Of a stretch of DNA of 37,472 bases, positions 14,479 through 22,739 are shown piece by piece. This DNA comes from Frankiaceae bacterium (GTDB taxonomy: Bacteria; Actinomycetota; Actinomycetes; JAVEEJ01): NCBI GenBank assembly GCA_030840515.1, contig JAVEEJ010000124.1, positions 1 through 37,472 on the forward strand. The letters are read 5' to 3'. How positions within the stretch are numbered: the stretch's first letter is position 1; each line of letters begins with the position of its first letter. The position numbers and the translations under genes were made by a program. The notes under the pieces are model-generated. The model worked only from the letters and a program-made list of their open reading frames with translations, did no database searches and was not told where the DNA came from.

Positions 14479-16325
14479 CCCTCGAGGTCCGGCACCGAGC
14501 GCGCGGCCCCTCTGTCTGCCGAGAGCGCGAGCGCGGCGTAGGCGCGCAACGCCGCCGACACCGGACGCTCCCGCTTGAGCGGGAGCCAGCCGAGCTCGTC
14601 ACGGCTGGCTCGCCGGGCAGCGAGCTCAGCGTCGTCCACCAGCAGACGGATCGAGCGGGTGGCGATGTCGATTTCGATGAGGTCGCCGTCCTCGACGAGG
14701 CCGATGGCACCGCCGCGCGCCGCCTCGGGTGACACGTGCCCGATCGACAGCCCGCTCGTGCCGCCGGAGAAGCGTCCGTCGGTGACGAGCGCACACTTCG
14801 CGCCTAGCCCGCGTCCCTTCAGGAAGCTCGTCGGGTAGAGCATCTCCTGCATCCCCGGCCCGCCCTTGGGACCCTCGTAGCGCACCACGACGACGTCGCC
14901 TGCGACCACGGTGCCTGCCAGGATCGCGGTCACCGCGTCGTCCTGGCTCTCGGACACCTTCGCCGGTCCCTTGAAGTAGTGCTGCTCATCGGCAACGCCT
15001 GCCGTCTTCACCACGCAGCCGTCCGGCGCGAGGTTGCCGTAGAGCACGGCGAGGCCACCGTCCTGGCTGTAGGCGTGCGCGACATCGCGGATGCACCCAC
15101 CCGCGGCATCGGTGTCGAGGGTGGCCCAAGTCACGGTGGAGCTGAAGGCCTCCGTGGTCCGCACCCCGCCGGGAGCCGCCGAGAACAGCGCCAGTGCCTC
15201 CGGCCGGGGCTCGGCGCGCCGGATGTCCCACGCGCTGAGCCAGGAGTCGATGTCGCGTGAGTGCACTGTGTGGACGTCGCGCTCGAGCAGTCCGGCCCGG
15301 TCGAGCTCGGACAAGATGGCGGGGATTCCGCCGGCTCGGTGGACGTCCTCCATGTGATACAGCGGCGTGCTGGGGGCGACCTTGCAGATGTTGGGTGTCG
15401 AGCGCGAGAGCCGGTCGATGTCAGCCAGGTCGAAGTCGACGCCCGCCTCGATCGCCGCGGCAAGCAGGTGCAGGACGGTGTTCGTCGACCCGCCCATGGC
15501 GACATCCAGGCGCATGGCGTTGGAGAAGGCCTCCCTCGTCGCGATCGCCCGGGGCAGCACCGACTCGTCGTCCTCGTCGTAGAAGCGGCGGCACAGGTCG
15601 ACGATCACGCGGCCTGCTTCGAGGAACAGCCCGCGTCGCGCCGCGGAGGTGGCGAGGGTCGAGCCGTTGCCGGGCAAGGACAGCCCGAGCGCCTCGGTCA
15701 GGCAGTTCATCGAGTTGGCGGTGAACATCCCGGAGCACGACCCGCAGGTAGGGCAGGCCGAGCGCTCGATCTCTGACAGCTCGTCCTCGCTGACCGACTC
15801 ATCAGCCGAGGCGGTCATGGCCGAGATCAGGTCGAGCTTGGGTCGCGCGACCCCGTCCCGCACGATCGCCTTCCCCGCCTCCATCGCGCCACCGGAGACA
15901 AAGACGGTGGGGATGTTGAGCCGCATCGCGGCGATCAGCATCCCTGGGGTGATCTTGTCGCAGTTGGAGATGCAGACGAGGGCGTCAGCCTGGTGCGCCT
16001 CGACCATGTACTCGACCGAGTCGGCGATCAGCTCGCGGCTGGGCAGGCTGTAGAGCATGCCGCCGTGACCCATCGCGATGCCGTCGTCGACGGCGATCGT
16101 GTTGAACTCACGGCCGACCCCACCCGCTGCGGCGATCTCGTCGGCAACCAGCTTGCCCATGTCACGCAGGTGGACGTGTCCTGGCACGAACTGCGTGAAG
16201 CTGTTCGCCACCGCGATGATCGGCTTGTCGAAGTCGTCGTCGGTCATGCCCGTCGCGCGCCACAGCGCCCGGGCCCCGGCCATGTTGCGGCCGTGGGTTG
16301 TGGTGCGTGAGCGCAGCTCGGGCAT
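14475..16325 (-). CDS. ilvD: Dihydroxy-acid dehydratase
   Basis: 616 aa. The N-terminus reads [23 protein letters not shown], and [29 protein letters not shown] and [11 protein letters not shown] are present. These are the hallmark IlvD motifs. Confidence 0.97.
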   Translation of the reverse strand: MPELRSRTTTHGRNMAGARALWRATGMTDDDFDKPIIAVANSFTQFVPGHVHLRDMGKLVADEIAAAGGVGREFNTIAVDDGIAMGHGGMLYSLPSRELIADSVEYMVEAHQADALVCISNCDKITPGMLIAAMRLNIPTVFVSGGAMEAGKAIVRDGVARPKLDLISAMTASADESVSEDELSEIERSACPTCGSCSGMFTANSMNCLTEALGLSLPGNGSTLATSAARRGLFLEAGRVIVDLCRRFYDEDDESVLPRAIATREAFSNAMRLDVAMGGSTNTVLHLLAAAIEAGVDFDLADIDRLSRSTPNICKVAPSTPLYHMEDVHRAGGIPAILSELDRAGLLERDVHTVHSRDIDSWLSAWDIRRAEPRPEALALFSAAPGGVRTTEAFSSTVTWATLDTDAAGGCIRDVAHAYSQDGGLAVLYGNLAPDGCVVKTAGVADEQHYFKGPAKVSESQDDAVTAILAGTVVAGDVVVVRYEGPKGGPGMQEMLYPTSFLKGRGLGAKCALVTDGRFSGGTSGLSIGHVSPEAARGGAIGLVEDGDLIEIDIATRSIRLLVDDAELAARRASRDELGWLPLKRERPVSAALRAYAALALSADRGAARSVPDLEG

Positions 16326-16386
16326 CGCAGGTCCTTCGATCGACTGCCCTCACGGTAAACCGGATCGGGAGTGGGAGAGTGGCGGG

Positions 16387-16977
16387 ATGCCAGCCAGTGA
16401 TCCCAAGGACGACCTCAAGCGCTACCTGCAGATCGCTCGCGAGGCCCTGTTGTGGAAGCTCGAGGGCGTGTCCGAGTACGACGCACGCCGGCCGCTGACG
16501 CCCACCGGAACCAACCTCCTGGGGTTGGTCAAGCACGTGGCGAGCGTCGAGGCCGGTTACTTCGGGGACACGTTCGGGCGGCCCTTCCCCGAGCCGCTGC
16601 CCTGGTTCGACGAGGGAGCGGAGCCCAACGCGGACATGTGGGCCACGCCGGAGGAGTCCACCGAGGACCTCGTCGGGCTCTACCGCCGGGTGTGGGTCCA
16701 CTCGGACACGACGATCGACGCGCTTCCCCTCGACGCCCTCGGCCACGTCCCCTGGTGGCCCGAGGAGCGCCGCGAGGTGACGCTGCACCGGATCCTGATC
16801 CACATGACCACCGAGACCCACCGTCACGCCGGGCACGCCGGCATCGTCCGCGAGCTCGTCGACGGCGCGGTCGGTCTGCGCGCGGACAACGACAACCTGC
16901 CTGAGGTGGACCGAGCCTGGTGGGAGGCCTACCGCGAGCGGTTGGAGCGGACGGCCCGTGAGAAGCAGGGCGGCTGA
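16387..16977 (+). CDS. DinB-family / DUF664 (mycothiol-dependent transferase-like) protein
   Basis: Reads MPASDPKDDLKRYLQIAREALLWKLEGVSEYDARRPLTPTGTNLLGLVKHVASVE...HMTTETHRHAGHAGIVRELVDG. I chose the ATG at 16387; the upstream part of the track ORF (16078-16386) overlaps ilvD on the opposite strand. Confidence 0.8.
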   Translation: MPASDPKDDLKRYLQIAREALLWKLEGVSEYDARRPLTPTGTNLLGLVKHVASVEAGYFGDTFGRPFPEPLPWFDEGAEPNADMWATPEESTEDLVGLYRRVWVHSDTTIDALPLDALGHVPWWPEERREVTLHRILIHMTTETHRHAGHAGIVRELVDGAVGLRADNDNLPEVDRAWWEAYRERLERTAREKQGG

Positions 16978-16981
16978 CGAG

Positions 16982-17176
16982 ATGACGAGATGGACGACGA
17001 TCAGGCACGTGCTGCGGTTGGGCGGCTGGCCCGGTCAGACACCCCCGACGGTTCCGAACGCCGATGCGCCCCAGTTCCACTGCCACCGCTGCCGCACCCC
17101 CGTGGACCACGAGGCGGACCAGTGCCCGTCGTGCGCTGAGGTCCTGCGACCCACCCGCCGGTCGTTCAGGCGTTGA
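16982..17176 (+). CDS. Possible small zinc-ribbon protein (64 aa)
   Basis: CxxC-N10-CxxC pattern (HCHRCRTPVDHEADQCPSCAEV). Third-position GC is high (about 85% by eye), whereas the alternative frame is much lower. It starts 5 nt after the DinB stop. I recognise no family. Confidence 0.35.
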   Translation: MTRWTTIRHVLRLGGWPGQTPPTVPNADAPQFHCHRCRTPVDHEADQCPSCAEVLRPTRRSFRR

Positions 17177-17741
17177 CCCGCGTCTCCAGACGTCGGTCGG
17201 GCACCAGCCACATCAGCGCGACCACGACGTAGAGGGCCAGTCCCACCCACCGGGTGACGAGGCTCAGCGCGATGCCCGCGACATAGATCGCCGGCGAGAT
17301 CTTCCCCTTGATGTCGCGCCCCAGGGCCTGCGCCAGCACGGAGTCGGGGCCGTGCTCGCGGAGCACCATGAACTGCAGCAGGTAGTACGCGAGTGCGGCC
17401 GCGAGCAGCACGACGCCGTACACGGCTGTCGGCGTCCGGGCGAAGTGGTTCTCACCCATCCAGCCCGTGGTGAAGGGGAACAGCGACAGCCAGAACAGCA
17501 GATGCAGGTTGGCCCAGAGCACGCGCCCGTTGACTCGCTCCGACGCCTGCAGCAGGTGGTGGTGGTTGTTCCAGTAGATGCCGAGGATCACGAAGCTCAG
17601 GATGTAGCTCGAGAACACCGGCCAGAGCGGCCGCAGCGCGTTCCAGCCGGCCTCATGCGGCACCTTCAGCTCGAGCACCATGATGGTCAGCAGGATCGCG
17701 ACCACCGCGTCGCTGAACGCCTCCATCCGCCCCTTCGACAT
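17166..17741 (-). CDS. TMEM175-family (DUF1211) potassium channel-like membrane protein
   Basis: RMEAFSDAVVAILLTIMVLEL signature in TM1 and six predicted TM segments in ~190 aa. I chose ATG at 17741; the GTG at 17768 would overlap the upstream gene by 17 nt. Confidence 0.8.
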   Translation of the reverse strand: MSKGRMEAFSDAVVAILLTIMVLELKVPHEAGWNALRPLWPVFSSYILSFVILGIYWNNHHHLLQASERVNGRVLWANLHLLFWLSLFPFTTGWMGENHFARTPTAVYGVVLLAAALAYYLLQFMVLREHGPDSVLAQALGRDIKGKISPAIYVAGIALSLVTRWVGLALYVVVALMWLVPDRRLETRVNA

Positions 17742-17751
17742 GCGCCGAACC

Positions 17752-18564
17752 CTAGGCGCTCGGACCACTCAGGCTCCGCCCAGCGACGTAGTCGGCGAAG
17801 GCCCGCGTCTGCGTGACCTCATCGGGCAGTGCCCGGTCGTCGGGATCCCAGCCGCGGGTGCGGCCCTCCATCGCCCGCGTGAGCAGGGAATGCCACTCGC
17901 GGCCGACGTGCTCGCGCGCCCACGTGATCGCAGCGCGCTTGGACGCGACCTCAGCGGTCTCCAGCGTGTAGAGCAGCCGGCACATCATGACGACGGCGTA
18001 GCGCTGCCCCCACGCTTGGTCGAGGCTGACCCAGCCTTCGATGTCGCTGATCGCGGTCGGGATGGCTTTCCTCGCGCCGTCACGCATGACGGCGGGCGGT
18101 ATCGGATCCACCAGCTGCTCAGGTGGGGGTCCGATGACCCGCACGCCGTGGTGGCGCAGGATCCACCGCGCGACCTCGTTGTTGCAGTGGACGTCCCACT
18201 GCATCTCGCGCCAGCCGTGGTCGATGTAGAGCCACGGCCGTCCGCTGCCGTCCAGGGTGCGCAGCTCCGCCGCCACCGGATAGGACCCCTCGAGGTGGTG
18301 CACCCAGTGACCCGACCTGGTCGGAATGTCGTCGTGCAGCCGCCTCACGTGCGCTTCTTGAGCAGCTGTGACGGGCGCGTGTACGACGACCAGGAAGTCG
18401 CAGTCGCTGTGCAAGTCGGCCGCACCCAGGGCGAAGGAGCCCTGCAGGTAGACGCCGACGAGGTCGTCGAGAAAGACGCGCTGGGCATGAGCTGCGATCT
18501 CCAGCAGCAAGCCGTTGAGCTCGGCGAACGGTGTCGGCGCCGGGTTGACCTCGTCACCGATCAC
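17752..18564 (-). CDS. Nucleotidyltransferase + DUF4111 protein (AadA/ANT(3'')-like aminoglycoside adenylyltransferase family)
   Basis: The nucleotidyltransferase motif is LVGVYLQGSFALGAADLHSDCDFLVVV, and the C-terminal half is helical (WGQRYAVVMMCRLLYTLETAEVASK). GTG at 18564 gives 270 aa. The longer track ORF (to 19881) is the antisense shadow of kynureninase. Confidence 0.75.
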   Translation of the reverse strand: MIGDEVNPAPTPFAELNGLLLEIAAHAQRVFLDDLVGVYLQGSFALGAADLHSDCDFLVVVHAPVTAAQEAHVRRLHDDIPTRSGHWVHHLEGSYPVAAELRTLDGSGRPWLYIDHGWREMQWDVHCNNEVARWILRHHGVRVIGPPPEQLVDPIPPAVMRDGARKAIPTAISDIEGWVSLDQAWGQRYAVVMMCRLLYTLETAEVASKRAAITWAREHVGREWHSLLTRAMEGRTRGWDPDDRALPDEVTQTRAFADYVAGRSLSGPSA

Positions 18565-18621
18565 CGGTCCATCACAGCGGCGGACCGGGCGCCGCTGCAA
18601 CGGGTTTGGCAGGGTGTCCTC

Positions 18622-19869
18622 GTGGAGGACTTCCGGGCACGTGCCGAGGAGCTCGACGCGGCCGATCCGCTCCGCGAGCTGCGGGACCAGTTCGTCATCG
18701 CCGATCCCGGGCTGATCTACCTCGACGGCAACTCCTTGGGCCGGCTGCCCAAAGCCAGCCAGGACCGGCTCAGCGCACTCGTCGATGTCGAGTGGGGACA
18801 GCAGCTGATCCGGGGCTGGCATGACTGGATCGATCTTCCCGAGCGCGTCGGCGACGCGCTCGGCACCGCGCTGCTGGGAGTCGCCGCCGGCCAGGTGCTG
18901 GTCTGCGACAACACCACCGTCAACCTCTACAAGCTCGCCCTCGCCGCCACCCAGGCTCGGCCGGGCAGGACGGTGATCGTCACCGACGACGACAACTTCC
19001 CCACCGACCGCTACGTGCTGTCCCAGCTCGCCACCCAGCAGGGGCTCGAGGTCAGGACCGTGGCGACCCCCATGGACGACGGCGTGCAGCTCGACGCCGT
19101 GAAGCGCGCTCTCGACCAGGACGTGGCGCTGGTCTCCTTCTCGCACACCGCCTACCGCTCGGGTGCGCTCGCCCCGATGTCCGCGATCGACGAGGCCGCC
19201 CACTCCGTCGGGGCGCTGACCCTGTGGGACCTGTCGCACTCGGTCGGCGCCGTACCCGTCGACCTGTCCCGCTCCGACCTCGCGGTGGGCTGCTCCTACA
19301 AGTACCTCAACGGCGGCCCGGGAGCGCCGGCCTGGCTCTACGTCAGACGCGACCTGCAGACCTACCTCGGCAACCCGATAGCCGGCTGGTTCTCCCAGCG
19401 CGACCAGTTCGCGATGGGCGAGGAGTACTCGCCCCGGCAAGACGTGGGGCGCTTCCTCACCGGGACGCCGCCGATCCTCGGGCTGGTGTGCGTCGAGGAG
19501 GGCGTCCGGGTGCTCGCCGAAGCCGGCCTGGAGCGGCTGCGCGCCAAGGGGGTCGCGCTCACGGAGTTCCTCATCGAGCTGGCAGATGCCTGGTTGGTCG
19601 AGTACGGCGTGCGCGTCGCGACCCCGCGCGACCCGGACCGCCGCGGCTCTCACATCGTGCTCGAGCATCCGCAGGCCTGGCAGCTGGCACAGGCACTGAT
19701 CGCTGCCGGCGTGATCCCCGACTACCGCGAGCCGAACCGGCTGCGGCTCGGGCCCGCTCCGGCGTACACCCGCTTCGCCGACGTCTGTGAAGGGCTCGAC
19801 CGGCTGCGCACGATCCTTCGAACCGAGAGCCACACGACGCTCCCCGCTCGACCGACCTCCGTTCGCTGA
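18622..19869 (+). CDS. kynU: Kynureninase (PLP-dependent)
   Basis: Motifs are IYLDGNSLGRLP, FPTDRY and DLAVGCSYKYLNGGPGAPAWLYV (with the PLP Lys in SYKYLN), plus PDYREPNRLRLGPAP. GTG at 18622 gives 415 aa. The upstream part of the track ORF is the antisense shadow of the ANT gene. Confidence 0.9.
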   Translation: MEDFRARAEELDAADPLRELRDQFVIADPGLIYLDGNSLGRLPKASQDRLSALVDVEWGQQLIRGWHDWIDLPERVGDALGTALLGVAAGQVLVCDNTTVNLYKLALAATQARPGRTVIVTDDDNFPTDRYVLSQLATQQGLEVRTVATPMDDGVQLDAVKRALDQDVALVSFSHTAYRSGALAPMSAIDEAAHSVGALTLWDLSHSVGAVPVDLSRSDLAVGCSYKYLNGGPGAPAWLYVRRDLQTYLGNPIAGWFSQRDQFAMGEEYSPRQDVGRFLTGTPPILGLVCVEEGVRVLAEAGLERLRAKGVALTEFLIELADAWLVEYGVRVATPRDPDRRGSHIVLEHPQAWQLAQALIAAGVIPDYREPNRLRLGPAPAYTRFADVCEGLDRLRTILRTESHTTLPARPTSVR

Positions 19870-20014
19870 GCCGGTAGCCAACCTGACCCAGTGCGTTCGT
19901 CAGGGCAGGACAGCCCACACCTAGTCAAAGCTGACGGTCTTGGTCCGCGTTGCGAAAGCGCGGCGGAATCGGGCCGAGACAGACAGGACGACCTTCATCG
20001 ACGCAGGGACACCC

Positions 20015-20239
20015 ATGTCCGCCAAGCCCGCGGTATCAGCCGCCACCGTGCCCTCGCCCCGGGAGGCGCCGAACGACGCTGCGCCGCTCGACCTGATGAC
20101 GGAGCTACGTCTGGCGCGCGATCCCCAGCTCGAGGCATTCGCCAGGGTGACGCGCCGCGACAACCAGGTGCTGGCCGCGCTGGTGACCATCATGCTCGTG
20201 CTCTACGGCTTCGACCTCGTGCTGGCCATCACGCCGTGA
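20015..20239 (+). CDS. Hypothetical small protein (74 aa) with a hydrophobic C-terminus
   Basis: Third-position GC is high throughout. An AGGGA lies 5 nt upstream of the ATG. The C-terminal segment is VLAALVTIMLVLYGFDLVLAI. I recognise no family. Confidence 0.4.
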   Translation: MSAKPAVSAATVPSPREAPNDAAPLDLMTELRLARDPQLEAFARVTRRDNQVLAALVTIMLVLYGFDLVLAITP

Positions 20240-20708
20240 GACCGGCGGCCCGGAGCATCTGCTCGGCATGGTCTCGCGGGTGGTCCGCGTAGATCTCCAG
20301 CCAGGTGCTGACCGTGTAGCGCTCGTGCTCGGGATGCGACCCGGCTCGGTCGAAGTCCGCAGGGCTGAGCGAGCCGAGCAGCTCGAGCGACGCGCCGCGC
20401 ACCGCGCGGATCACTGCCACCGCTGCGTCGATCGGCCGGTCGTAGTGGAGGCGACGCGCGTACTCGGCCTCGTCATAGGCCGCGATGTGCGGGGTGTCCT
20501 CAGCCAGCAGCTGGCGCAGCCGCAGGTAGGCGCGCGTCTCGGAGTCGGCGAGGTGGTGGACCACCTGGCGGGCGGTCCACCCCTCACCGTCTGCCTCGTC
20601 CAGCCGCGCGGAGCCCACCGCCTCGATGGCATCGAGCACCGCGGCCGTGCCCCCGGCATAGCGCTCGAGGAGGGTCGACGTACTCGTGCCCACATCCGGC
20701 TCAGCCAC
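20229..20708 (-). CDS. DinB_2-family metal-dependent protein
   Basis: WTARQVVHHLADSE, HIAAYDE and IYADHPRDHAEQ match the DinB_2 / YfiT-like His triad pattern. I prefer GTG at 20708 because the region from 20709 to 20771 is occupied by a better-supported small ORF in another frame. Confidence 0.7.
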   Translation of the reverse strand: MAEPDVGTSTSTLLERYAGGTAAVLDAIEAVGSARLDEADGEGWTARQVVHHLADSETRAYLRLRQLLAEDTPHIAAYDEAEYARRLHYDRPIDAAVAVIRAVRGASLELLGSLSPADFDRAGSHPEHERYTVSTWLEIYADHPRDHAEQMLRAAGLTA

Positions 20709-20811
20709 AGCAGCCCCAACGCCACTCGCGGCTCTCCCGGGTGTCCGTGCCCCAGCGCCAGCTGGCGGCACCCGCGGCGACCAGGCCGAGGAGGAACAGC
20801 AGTGCGGTCAT
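20701..20811 (-). CDS. Small hydrophobic peptide (36 aa) overlapping the start of the DinB_2 gene
   Basis: Sequence MTALLFLLGLVAAGAASWRWGTDTRESREWRWGCCG. Third-position GC is high. A GAGAGGTGG lies about 8 nt upstream of the ATG. Its TGA (20701-20703) overlaps the downstream GTG (20706-20708) within TGTGGCTGA. Confidence 0.45.
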   Translation of the reverse strand: MTALLFLLGLVAAGAASWRWGTDTRESREWRWGCCG

Positions 20812-20922
20812 CTCGTCCACCACCTCTCGTGTCTCAGGACTCGAGAGTGGACCCCGGCGGCCGCGACCACGAGTGGCAGGAAAGCCTTGCTTCGTTGAGA
20901 TCCTGCCACTACTGTCGCGGGC

Positions 20923-21885
20923 ATGCTGAAGAACGTCGTCGCCCTGGTCGGCGAGGGACTGGCCGCCTTCGAGCTCGGCGTGGTGTCCGAGGTGTTCGGC
21001 ATGGACCGCAGCGACGGCGGTCTCCCCGTCTACGACTTCGCCGTGGCGTCCATGGACCCGATGCCGCTCACCACCAGCAGCGGGTTTCAGGTCCTGACGC
21101 CGCACGGGCTCGAGCGGCTGGCCACGGCCGACCTCGTCGCGGTGCCGGCCTGGCCCATGCACCGCCAGGCCAGCGACGAGGTGCTCGACGCGCTGCGCGC
21201 GGCGCATGGACGCGGCGCACGGATCATGACGGTCTGCAGCGGGGCCTTCCTCCTCGCGCAGACCGGCCTGCTGAACGGCCACCGCGCGACGACCCACTGG
21301 CGCTACACCGACGAGCTCGCTCGCCAGTTCCCCGAGATCGACGTGCAGCCGTCGGTGCTCTACGTCGACGACGACCCGCTGTTCACGTCCGCCGGCACCG
21401 CCGCCGGCATCGACCTGTGCCTGCACATCCTGCGCAAGGAGCACGGCGCGCGGATGGCCAACTGCATCGCCCGTCGCATGGTCGTGCCACCGCACCGTGA
21501 CGGTGGGCAGGCGCAGTTCGTCGACACCTACGTGCCGGAGGCGCACGACAACAGCGACCTGGCGCCGCTGCTCGAGTGGATGCTCGAGCACCTCGACGAC
21601 CCGCACTCTGTCGCGTCGCTGGCCAAGCGCGCGGCCATGAGCGAGCGCACCTTTGCCCGTCGGTTCCGGGCCATCACCGGGACGACACCGCATGCCTGGC
21701 TGCTGCGCCAGCGGGTGAACCTGGCGCAGCGACTGCTGGAGACCGGGGAGCGCAGCGTCGAGGAGGTCGCGCGACGCAGCGGGTTCGGCACCGCCGCGAT
21801 GCTGCGCCACCACTTCGTGCGCGAGCGCGGCACGTCACCGGCGGCCTACGCGCGCACCTTCGGCGGCACCGGTACGCCCTGGTGA
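20923..21885 (+). CDS. GlxA-family transcriptional regulator (DJ-1/PfpI-like domain + AraC HTH)
   Basis: The N-terminus is VVALVGEGLAAFELGVVSEVFG, TVCSGAFLLAQTGLLNG is present, and the C-terminal AraC HTH reads SVASLAKRAAMSERTFARRFRAITGTTPHAWLLRQRVNLAQRLLE. Confidence 0.9.
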   Translation: MLKNVVALVGEGLAAFELGVVSEVFGMDRSDGGLPVYDFAVASMDPMPLTTSSGFQVLTPHGLERLATADLVAVPAWPMHRQASDEVLDALRAAHGRGARIMTVCSGAFLLAQTGLLNGHRATTHWRYTDELARQFPEIDVQPSVLYVDDDPLFTSAGTAAGIDLCLHILRKEHGARMANCIARRMVVPPHRDGGQAQFVDTYVPEAHDNSDLAPLLEWMLEHLDDPHSVASLAKRAAMSERTFARRFRAITGTTPHAWLLRQRVNLAQRLLETGERSVEEVARRSGFGTAAMLRHHFVRERGTSPAAYARTFGGTGTPW

Positions 21886-22739
21886 GGGCGCTCGTCGTCG
21901 GCAGCATCAACGTCGACCTCGTGGTGCGGGTCCCGGCCCTCCCCGGGGCCGGGGTCACGGTGCTCGGGGCTGATGCCGTGCGGCACGCGGGTGGCAAAGG
22001 AGGCAACCAGGCAGCGGCACTCGCGCGGCTCGGCGCCGAGACCGCGCTGGTCGGCGCCACCGGTCAGGACGCGGACGGCGACTGGTCGATCGCCCAGCTG
22101 CAGGCTGCCGGTGTGGACACGACCGCTGTCGCGCGGCTCGCCGACGTGCCCACCGGCTTGGCGATGATCGCCGTGGACGACGCGGGCGAGAACTTCGTCG
22201 TCGTGTCTCGTGGAGCCAATGCCCACTGCGCGCCACCACTCGAAATCGGAGCGGACGTGGTGGTGGTGCAGCTCGAGATCCCTGCCCCCACGGTGCACGC
22301 GACCCTGCGCGCCGCCCGCGCATCCGGTGCTTGCACCGTGCTCAACGCTGCACCCGCAGAACCCCTCGTCGACGACGTGTGGGGACTGGTGGACCTGCTC
22401 GTCGTCAACGCCGACGAGGCGCGGGTGCACGGCCCGCAGCCCGCTGTCGGCGCCACGATCGTGACGCTCGGGTCGCGCGGCGCGCAGGTGCTGCTGCAGG
22501 ACCGGCCACCGGTCGTCGTACCCGCTCCCGAGGTCGTCGTGGTCGACAGCACCGGCGCCGGTGACTGCTTCACGGCAGCGGCGGCGTTCGCCGTCGCCGG
22601 CGGCGCGGACCCCGTGGAGGCGGCCCGGTTCGCGGTGGCGGCCGCGAGCCTGTCCGTGCGGGCACCTGGCGCACGCGGTGGGTATCCCAGCCGCGCCGAG
22701 GCTCAGAAGGAGAGCGAGCGCATCCAGGCCAGCAGCTGA
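21882..22739 (+). CDS. PfkB/ribokinase-family sugar kinase
   Basis: Contains VVGSINVDLVV, GGKGGNQAAALARLG and DSTGAGDCFTAAAAFA (the anion hole / ATP motif). The GTG start overlaps the glxA-like stop (GTGA at 21882-21885). Confidence 0.85.
   Translation: MRALVVGSINVDLVVRVPALPGAGVTVLGADAVRHAGGKGGNQAAALARLGAETALVGATGQDADGDWSIAQLQAAGVDTTAVARLADVPTGLAMIAVDDAGENFVVVSRGANAHCAPPLEIGADVVVVQLEIPAPTVHATLRAARASGACTVLNAAPAEPLVDDVWGLVDLLVVNADEARVHGPQPAVGATIVTLGSRGAQVLLQDRPPVVVPAPEVVVVDSTGAGDCFTAAAAFAVAGGADPVEAARFAVAAASLSVRAPGARGGYPSRAEAQKESERIQASS

Noticed and set aside
17680-19881. Two mutually overlapping ORFs of more than 700 aa on opposite strands (17680..19869 + and 17752..19881 -)
   Set aside because: Only the 3' part of each has family motifs: kynureninase from 18622 on the + strand, and the nucleotidyltransferase/DUF4111 up to 18564 on the - strand. 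The remainder of each is the antisense shadow of the other gene, so I split them into two divergent genes 57 bp apart.
20268-21813. ORFs 20268..21500 (+, 410 aa) and 20701..21813 (-, 370 aa)
   Set aside because: They overlap the DinB_2 and GlxA genes in wrong frames or on the wrong strand, and their products are Arg/Pro/Gly-rich. Only the last 36 codons of the minus ORF (20701..20811) look like real coding sequence, and I report those separately.
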